DNA of 32,000 nucleotides, taken from Candidatus Baldrarchaeota archaeon. GTDB lineage: Archaea > Asgardarchaeota > Baldrarchaeia > Baldrarchaeales > DXJG01. Below the pieces are notes generated by a model that worked only from the letters and a program-made list of their open reading frames with translations, was not told where the DNA came from and made no database searches. The DNA is taken from contig DXJG01000007.1 in assembly GCA_019056805.1 (NCBI GenBank), positions 1 to 32,000 of the forward strand. The letters are read 5' to 3'. A program made the translations under genes and the position numbers. Shown here piece after piece: positions 26,050-32,000 of the stretch (positions within the stretch are counted from its first letter, which is position 1; each line of letters starts with the position of its first letter).

Positions 26050-28389
26050 TTAGAGGCCTTTATCTAACATATTAAGGATAGAAGTTCTAACATTTACCAG
26101 AGTTCTCTCATTTATGTCACATTCAAAATAAGTTCCATTAGCTGCCTGAACAATTTTCCAAGCAAACATAGAAGAAATATTTTTGAATATTCCCCCACCA
26201 GCGACAGGATTAATTAATATGAATGGTATTTGCTCTCTTCTAATAATTTTAGCAACTTCTATAGCGTCTTTAAGAGCTGTCACCGACTTACCCCATCTAA
26301 GTTTTCTTAAGGGTACATTTGCAGCTGCATCAGAAATAACTATTATAGCTGGTATAACCTCCCTATCTCTAATCTTCTCTTCCTTTGCAACTTCTAAAGC
26401 TCTAAGCATTCCCAAGGCAAGAGGCGTATACCCACTTGCTTTCAATCTCATAATTAGATCGATAATTTTCCTGAAATTTGACGTTGGACGTTGAAGAACA
26501 TAAGCAGAATCTCCTCTAAAGACAATGAGTCCAACTTTATCTCTATGTCTATAAGCTTCCCCGTAAAGAGATATTACAGCATTGCCTACAGCGTCTTGCC
26601 AAGCGGCCATAGACCCGCTCATGTCTAAAACAAGGATAAGGGATAAGGGAGCCTTATATACCCTGACTTTCTCTCTAATATCTCGAGGTAAAACCTTGAT
26701 TGCTAATTGTCCATGAGAACTGTTTTTCATAAGTATTCCCTGAGTTACTGCTGCGGATCTAATTGTGGCAGGCCAATGAATATCTACGTGATCTAATTGT
26801 CGAGGGACTGTGTAACTAATACATTTGCCTTTATGTCTAGTTGTTAATGTTAAAACACGTTTTCCCACAGCTTTTCTAGTAAGTTGGACATCTTGCTTAC
26901 TGGGCTTTATTCTAACAATTTTCCTGAAAAATCCCTTAATTTTTTCAGGTAATGGTAGAGAACCATCAAATAAACTGGAATCCAAATAAGATCTGGAATA
27001 TATAGTTAAAGGAAGTATTTCGATTCCTTTAGTCTTCTTTTTCTTCCCTCTTTTTATTTTAATAAAGTCTACTATTTTTATTAAATGAGATTTCACTTTA
27101 CTAAAAGGTTTTTTCCGATATTTAGAGTAAACAATCTCGTTAATAACATCGTCTTTGATAGGACCCTTTTTACTTTTAAGTGAAAAAGGTTTTCCTTTCT
27201 TTTCAGATTTTCCCTCCATGAGTATAAATCTTTTCTTTTTCTTAGTTTCGTTATTTTTCAATTTTTTTGGATTTACTTTTTTACTTTTGGTTTTCCCCTT
27301 AATTTCTTCAATAGGTTTAATTTCGGTTTTTATTTCTTTTTTAACGGTCTGTAAGGCATTTTTAAAGGCTTCATCTATTTCTCTTGGCGTTGCAGGTTCT
27401 TCTCGACCCTTATTTCGTGTTCTGTGACTTAATGCAAGTCTAGCAGCTATCCTGATATCTTCAGGAATAACTTCAGTTCTTTCATGAAAAGCTGCAATAG
27501 CTTTAGCTGCTTCACAAATTACAATATCTGGTCTATGACCATCAACGTTTAAAGTAAGTGAAATTTTCGCGGCAACATACATTAACCATTCCGAAATCTT
27601 GACTTTTGGAAGAATTTCTCTAGCTCGTATAATTTTTTCTCTAAGTTCTTTTTGAAATGGTTCCCATTTTTTCCTAAATTCTTTAGGATTTTCTTTAAAC
27701 TCTAAATTACGCTTGATAATTTCAACTCTTTCATGAATATCCTTAATGCTTTCAATTTTTACATGTAAAGCAAATCTATCGAGGAGTTGTGGTCTTAATG
27801 AACCTTCTTCTGGGTTCATTGTACCAACTAAAATGAATTTTGAGGGATGTGACACTGATATGCCTTCACGTTCAACAATGTTGACTCCCATTGCAGCAGC
27901 ATCAAGCAAATCGTCCACTAAATGATCAGGTAGCAAATTTACTTCATCAACATAAAGAATGTTTTGATTTGCTTCTGCAAGAATACCTGGTTCTAAAGCT
28001 TTAACTCCCTCCTTTATAGCTCTCTCAATGTCCAAGGAACCTACTAGACGATCCTCTGTTGCACCTAAAGGCAATGTCACGACCTTCATCTTTCTTTTGA
28101 CGACAGGTAGTTTGTCACCTGATTCGTATCTTTTTCTACATTCTTCACACATAGCAGAGGGATCGTGAGGATTACAGTCAAAGGGACAATCTGCAACAAC
28201 CTCAACTTCTGGAAGTAAGTCTGCAAGTGCCCTAACAGCTGTACTTTTTCCAGAACCCTTTTCGCCAGAAATTAGCACACCACCAATGGCTGGATTAATA
28301 GCATTTAGAATCAAAGCTAGTTTAAGTTCCTCTTGACCGACAATAGCTACGAAAGGGAAAACAAAGTCCTCAAACAAGCTACACGTCAC
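26050..28389 (-). CDS. Magnesium/cobalt chelatase ChlI-type AAA+ ATPase fused to a vWA domain (ChlD-like)
   Basis: [13 protein letters not shown], Walker [49 protein letters not shown]; vWA MIDAS DMSGSM, TPLA, ISD. Confidence 0.93.
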   Translation of the reverse strand: MTCSLFEDFVFPFVAIVGQEELKLALILNAINPAIGGVLISGEKGSGKSTAVRALADLLPEVEVVADCPFDCNPHDPSAMCEECRKRYESGDKLPVVKRKMKVVTLPLGATEDRLVGSLDIERAIKEGVKALEPGILAEANQNILYVDEVNLLPDHLVDDLLDAAAMGVNIVEREGISVSHPSKFILVGTMNPEEGSLRPQLLDRFALHVKIESIKDIHERVEIIKRNLEFKENPKEFRKKWEPFQKELREKIIRAREILPKVKISEWLMYVAAKISLTLNVDGHRPDIVICEAAKAIAAFHERTEVIPEDIRIAARLALSHRTRNKGREEPATPREIDEAFKNALQTVKKEIKTEIKPIEEIKGKTKSKKVNPKKLKNNETKKKKRFILMEGKSEKKGKPFSLKSKKGPIKDDVINEIVYSKYRKKPFSKVKSHLIKIVDFIKIKRGKKKKTKGIEILPLTIYSRSYLDSSLFDGSLPLPEKIKGFFRKIVRIKPSKQDVQLTRKAVGKRVLTLTTRHKGKCISYTVPRQLDHVDIHWPATIRSAAVTQGILMKNSSHGQLAIKVLPRDIREKVRVYKAPLSLILVLDMSGSMAAWQDAVGNAVISLYGEAYRHRDKVGLIVFRGDSAYVLQRPTSNFRKIIDLIMRLKASGYTPLALGMLRALEVAKEEKIRDREVIPAIIVISDAAANVPLRKLRWGKSVTALKDAIEVAKIIRREQIPFILINPVAGGGIFKNISSMFAWKIVQAANGTYFECDINERTLVNVRTSILNMLDKGL

Positions 28390-28647
28390 CTGTCATATAG
28401 CTCGTTATACTGTTAGCTGATTATGATCATGACAAAACACATTATATTTCTTTCCTAGTATTAGAGTTTCCAATCAAAACCTTGACTACTATTTTGTTTT
28501 CAGATTTACATATATTTCTAAAATTATTGAAATGTTTACTCTCAAGAAGAAAAACTGTGTTAATGTAAAAGATTAAGGGTGTATAATGGGTGGATAAGTA
28601 TTCTCATAATCAGTTTGTTAGTACTAGAATTCGGTGCAGTGTTGTAC

Positions 28648-29430
28648 TTAAAGCAGTTTCAGAATCATTGCTATAATGAATGGAGAATTCGCACAAAAAT
28701 GTATGATACACCCTGGCAGTATGGATTTTGTTCTAAATCTTATTTCCCCAAGGAAAATGCCTGTAATAGATGCACCTAAGATAGTTGTCCAAAGTTTGCT
28801 GTAAACCTTGAATATGTTTTCGTTAAAATAGATTAGTATAATTGGAGTTGGGAGATGCCATAAACCGAAAGAAATCCCTGTGAAAATCGATGCAACAGAT
28901 ATTTGGAAACCATGTAAATTTAATGTTTCAGAGTGGAAAGTTTCTTGGCTCCTTTTGAATAAATATCCTCTAAAAAGAAGTTCTTCAAACACGGGGCCAA
29001 ATGTAAGAGTGAAAATAGCTGTAATAAGTAGTCTTGTTAAGGTTACTTCTCCCTTTATTTCTGTCGGAAAGAAAAACTCAATAGTTAAAGCTACAAGGTA
29101 AAAGAAAAAGATGAAGATAAAAATCGCTTTCCATTGCTTTGAGGAGACAGTTTTAGTAGTTAGTCCCAAATCCTCTGCATTATAACTAAAGAAAAATTGG
29201 CTGTTTATCCAGATCCAAAATAATAAGAGAATTACTAGAAAAACGCCAACCTTGGCTATTGATTTTGCATATGTAGTTGTAGCGAAGTAACTAGAAGCAT
29301 TAAAGGCTATCAAAATTAGTAGTGTTTCGCAAATTAAAATCAATGTGGCAAAATTTTTCGACGTTGTGTCATGATTCTGACCTTTAGGGCTGGATGTTAC
29401 CTTTCCCGCTTTACTGTCTTCGAGAGACAT
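28648..29430 (-). CDS. CPBP-family (Abi/CAAX, Rce1-like) intramembrane glutamic protease
   Basis: Multiple TMs with PVFEELLFRG, FGLWH and HFCAN motifs. Confidence 0.92.
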   Translation of the reverse strand: MSLEDSKAGKVTSSPKGQNHDTTSKNFATLILICETLLILIAFNASSYFATTTYAKSIAKVGVFLVILLLFWIWINSQFFFSYNAEDLGLTTKTVSSKQWKAIFIFIFFFYLVALTIEFFFPTEIKGEVTLTRLLITAIFTLTFGPVFEELLFRGYLFKRSQETFHSETLNLHGFQISVASIFTGISFGLWHLPTPIILIYFNENIFKVYSKLWTTILGASITGIFLGEIRFRTKSILPGCIIHFCANSPFIIAMILKLL

Positions 29431-29442
29431 TGGAAACCGCTC

Positions 29443-29853
29443 TCATCTACTTTCATCTAAGGCTTCTCTTATTGTTCTCTCTCTTTCAAGGATATATTTT
29501 CTATATTTTTCATCTTTTTGCAATATTTTTCTAGTCGCCATTTTATCTATAAGATGAATCAGTAGGTCTTGGTAGGTTTTAGTACTAAAGGTCATTCCCC
29601 TCACTCTTTGTTCGATTTTTATTAGTCCCATTTCCTCTAGGTTTTTTATCGCAATATCTATCATTTTGGGGTTTATTATTTCGGGTTCTCCAAGAGTTTT
29701 ATAGAACTTAATTAAATCTTGAGAAATTTCTGTTTTCCATAAAACTCCATGAAACACTGACAAAATTCTTAGTATGTCGAGCATTAGGCTTGAAACATCA
29801 TCTTCACTAGCTTTAATAAAAAGATTTGAAACTTTTTCTTCTATTTCTGACAA
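29443..29853 (-). CDS. Hypothetical winged-helix protein
   Basis: TTG start with SD GAGGAGG; pattern LWKTEISQDL...IDIAIKNLEEMGLIKIE resembles a wHTH. Ends 12 nt before the CPBP start. Confidence 0.7.
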   Translation of the reverse strand: MSEIEEKVSNLFIKASEDDVSSLMLDILRILSVFHGVLWKTEISQDLIKFYKTLGEPEIINPKMIDIAIKNLEEMGLIKIEQRVRGMTFSTKTYQDLLIHLIDKMATRKILQKDEKYRKYILERERTIREALDESR

Positions 29854-29953
29854 TTTTTCCTCCTCACATTAAACGATTATATAAGTTTATTTTAACGGTT
29901 TAGGTTTTAAATGTTTATAAACAATGTACATGTAAGATTTAGAGGTGATAAGC

Positions 29954-30487
29954 ATGCCTATTTATAAACTTGGAAATAAGATTCCGAAAATTAGTGAATC
30001 TGCCTATGTTCATCCTGATGCCGTAATTATTGGGGATGTAGAAATTGGAGAGAGGGTTTTTATAGCGCCCGGTGCTGTACTGCGTGGAGATAATAACAAA
30101 ATTATAATTGGAGACTACTCAAATGTCCAGGATAATGCTGTGATCCACACTGAGCCAGAATTTGAAACTATAATTGGAAGATATGTGAATATTGGACATG
30201 GAGCAATGATACATGCTCATATAATCGAGGATTATGCAGCAATAGGAATGAATGCAGTATTAGACTATAGGAGTATAATTAGGAGAGGAGCAATTGTAGG
30301 AAACGGCGCCGTTGTACCGGGATTTAAAGAGGTTCCAGAGAATACCATAGTGGTTGGAATACCAGCAAAGCCGTTGAGAAAAGTAGAGGGAAAAGATGAT
30401 CCAGCTAGAAAAAGAATAGACGGTTTTCTAAGTCGATATAGAAAATTTACAACGCTTTATCGTGAAGAACTTCAAAGAATAGAATAG
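29954..30487 (+). CDS. Gamma-carbonic-anhydrase family (YrdA/CaiE/PaaY-like) left-handed beta-helix protein
   Basis: Hexapeptide repeats; LRGD, NVQDNAVIH and IGHGAMIH carry the three Zn-ligand His. Start reassigned to ATG 29954 (SD GAGGTGA). Confidence 0.93.
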   Translation: MPIYKLGNKIPKISESAYVHPDAVIIGDVEIGERVFIAPGAVLRGDNNKIIIGDYSNVQDNAVIHTEPEFETIIGRYVNIGHGAMIHAHIIEDYAAIGMNAVLDYRSIIRRGAIVGNGAVVPGFKEVPENTIVVGIPAKPLRKVEGKDDPARKRIDGFLSRYRKFTTLYREELQRIE

Positions 30488-30584
30488 TCTCATGTAAATA
30501 TCCTTGATTTATCATTCCATTAGTTCTTCAATTTTCATTTATTTGTTAGTTAGGATGTTTTGAGTTATTTGAAGATTAGAAAGA

Positions 30585-30592
30585 TTTAAGTT
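30585..30592 (+). promoter_or_regulatory. BRE/TATA of cdc48
   Basis: GAAAGA-TTTAAGTT about 65 nt upstream of ATG 30654. Confidence 0.45.
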
Positions 30593-30620
30593 TTTATGTT
30601 TTCATGCTATTTGCGGTTCG

Positions 30621-30654
30621 TTTCAGCCTTCCCTTAAAAGAGGGTGGGCTGAAA
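30621..30654 (+). promoter_or_regulatory. 5'-UTR hairpin covering the cdc48 ribosome-binding site
   Basis: TTTCAGCCTTCCCTT-AAAA-GAGGGTGGGCTGAAA: 14 pairs (2 G-U) plus one U-U mismatch. The 3' arm contains the purine-rich SD and the A of ATG. Confidence 0.6.
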
Positions 30655-32000
30655 TGAGTACAAAGATTAGGTTGAGAGTTGAGGAAGCTAGGCAGATAGA
30701 TTTTGGTAGATGTATTGTTAGGATAGATGTTAAAAGTATGGAGGAGTTGGGTGTTAGCTCCGGTGACACTGTTTTGATAACTGGTTCTAAGCAGATTGGC
30801 GCAATTGTTATGCCTGCTTATCGTTCTGATGAAGGTAAAGGAATCATTAGAATGGATGGATTGTTGAGAAAGAATGCTGGTGTTAGTATAGGTGATTATG
30901 TTACTGTTGAGAAAGCATTTTTTAAAGAGGCTAGGAGAGTTGTTTTTGCCCCAGCTAGGAAAGATATTCAGATAGTTCCAACAGCTGAAACAGCTGAAAC
31001 ATTGAAAGAGAATCTTTTGAATAGACCTGTTAAAACTGGTGATATAGTTAGTACAACGGCTTCTGTATCTACAAGAATGCATTCTGATTTTGGCAGCATC
31101 TTTGATAGTTTCTTTGGTATTAGAGAGGTTTCTTTTGGGCTTGGAGAAGTTCGCTTTGTAGTTGTAGACACCGTTCCGAAAGGTATTGTTAGAATAGGGT
31201 TTGAAACAGAGGTTGAGATGCTTCCAAAGGCACCTGAAACAATAAAAGAAGCCCCAAGAGTGACATACGAGGATATAGGTGGGTTAAAAGAAGCTATACA
31301 GCGGATTAGAGAAATGGTTGAATTACCATTAAAACATCCAGAGCTTTTCGATAGATTAGGGATAGAACCGCCAAAGGGTGTCCTCCTATATGGTCCACCA
31401 GGATGCGGAAAAACTTTGCTGGCTAAAGCTGTTGCAAATGAGTCCGATGCAAACTTTTATGCGATAAATGGCCCTGAGATAATGAGTAAGTTTTATGGAG
31501 AATCAGAAAAGAAGCTTAGAGATATTTTTGAAGATGCTAGGAAAAATGCTCCAAGTATAATTTTCATTGACGAGGTAGATTCTATTGCTCCTAAGAGGGA
31601 AGAAGTTACTGGGGAAGTTGAGCGAAGGGTTGTTTCGCAATTGTTGACTTTGATGGACGGTCTTGAAGCTCGTGGGAAAGTGGTTGTTATCGCGGCGACT
31701 AATCGACCTAACGCTATAGATCCAGCTTTGAGAAGGCCTGGAAGATTTGATAGGGAGATTGAAATTGGTCCGCCCGATAAAGATGCTAGAAAAGAGATAC
31801 TTCAGATACATACTCGTGGTATGCCTTTAGCAGATAATGTAGATTTAGATGAGATAGCGGTTAAAACTCATGGTTTTGTTGGGGCAGATCTAGCTGCCCT
31901 TTGTAAAGAAGCGGCTATGTATGCTTTAAGAAGAATTTTGCCGAAAATAGACTTAAACAAACCTGTACCCAAAGAGATTTTATCGGAGTTAAAGGTTAGA
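30654..32000 (+). CDS. cdc48: CDC48/VCP (VAT) family AAA+ ATPase, N-domain and D1 ring (3' end runs off the window; absent from the ORF track)
   Basis: Manual translation from ATG 30654: [25 protein letters not shown]...[20 protein letters not shown]...VTYEDIGGL...[13 protein letters not shown]...[22 protein letters not shown]...[15 protein letters not shown]...[25 protein letters not shown]. Confidence 0.97.
   Translation, partial: MSTKIRLRVEEARQIDFGRCIVRIDVKSMEELGVSSGDTVLITGSKQIGAIVMPAYRSDEGKGIIRMDGLLRKNAGVSIGDYVTVEKAFFKEARRVVFAPARKDIQIVPTAETAETLKENLLNRPVKTGDIVSTTASVSTRMHSDFGSIFDSFFGIREVSFGLGEVRFVVVDTVPKGIVRIGFETEVEMLPKAPETIKEAPRVTYEDIGGLKEAIQRIREMVELPLKHPELFDRLGIEPPKGVLLYGPPGCGKTLLAKAVANESDANFYAINGPEIMSKFYGESEKKLRDIFEDARKNAPSIIFIDEVDSIAPKREEVTGEVERRVVSQLLTLMDGLEARGKVVVIAATNRPNAIDPALRRPGRFDREIEIGPPDKDARKEILQIHTRGMPLADNVDLDEIAVKTHGFVGADLAALCKEAAMYALRRILPKIDLNKPVPKEILSELKVR

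Noticed and set aside
21420-27427. ORFs 21420-21617(-), 23920-24102(+), 24852-25268(-), 25190-25462(-), 26183-26494(+), 27155-27427(+)
   Set aside because: Antisense shadows. The Ser/Phe/Leu richness mirrors the Glu/Lys codons of the real genes.
28579-31811. ORFs 28579-28779(+), 28880-29101(+), 30594-31082(-), 30968-31171(-), 31503-31811(-)
   Set aside because: Overlap the CPBP gene or cdc48 on the opposite strand and show no recognisable motifs.
1-32000. tRNA, rRNA, IS elements, integrases, CRISPR arrays
   Set aside because: No GC-rich structured RNA-like stretch, transposase/integrase motif, terminal inverted repeat pair or regularly spaced repeat was seen by eye; tRNAscan/Infernal were not run.

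Overview
AT-rich archaeal chromosomal window with archaeal SD motifs (GGTGA/GGAGG), TATA-type promoters and many GTG/TTG starts. A C-terminal longin/roadblock-like domain, a Urm1-like modifier and an archaeal CDC48 suggest an Asgard archaeon (inference, not proven). Contents from left to right: a partial eIF-2B/ribose-1,5-bisphosphate-isomerase-family gene with both catalytic residues substituted, a UPF0282-like MBL hydrolase, a 2150-aa membrane-anchored glycoprotein, a ~12-TM membrane protein fused to wHTH and longin-like domains, a DEAD-box helicase, a 1440-aa anchored glycoside-hydrolase/beta-helix protein, three tandem membrane-anchored paralogues (the third frameshifted) with hypervariable aromatic loops and patches of exact DNA identity, a MoaD/Urm1-like protein, a nitrilase-family hydrolase, an orphan, a lysine/saccharopine dehydrogenase, a coiled-coil-wHTH protein, a small Zn-ribbon/Pro-rich protein, a ChlI/ChlD-type AAA+-vWA fusion, a CPBP protease with a wHTH neighbour, a gamma-carbonic-anhydrase-like protein and a partial CDC48 whose SD lies inside a hairpin. 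I saw no rRNA, tRNA, CRISPR array or mobile element. The best leads are the membrane-longin protein, the paralogue array, the eIF2B-like pseudo-isomerase, the cdc48 5'-UTR hairpin and a possible recoding site in the chelatase gene. All family calls come from motif recognition by eye; no database searches were run.
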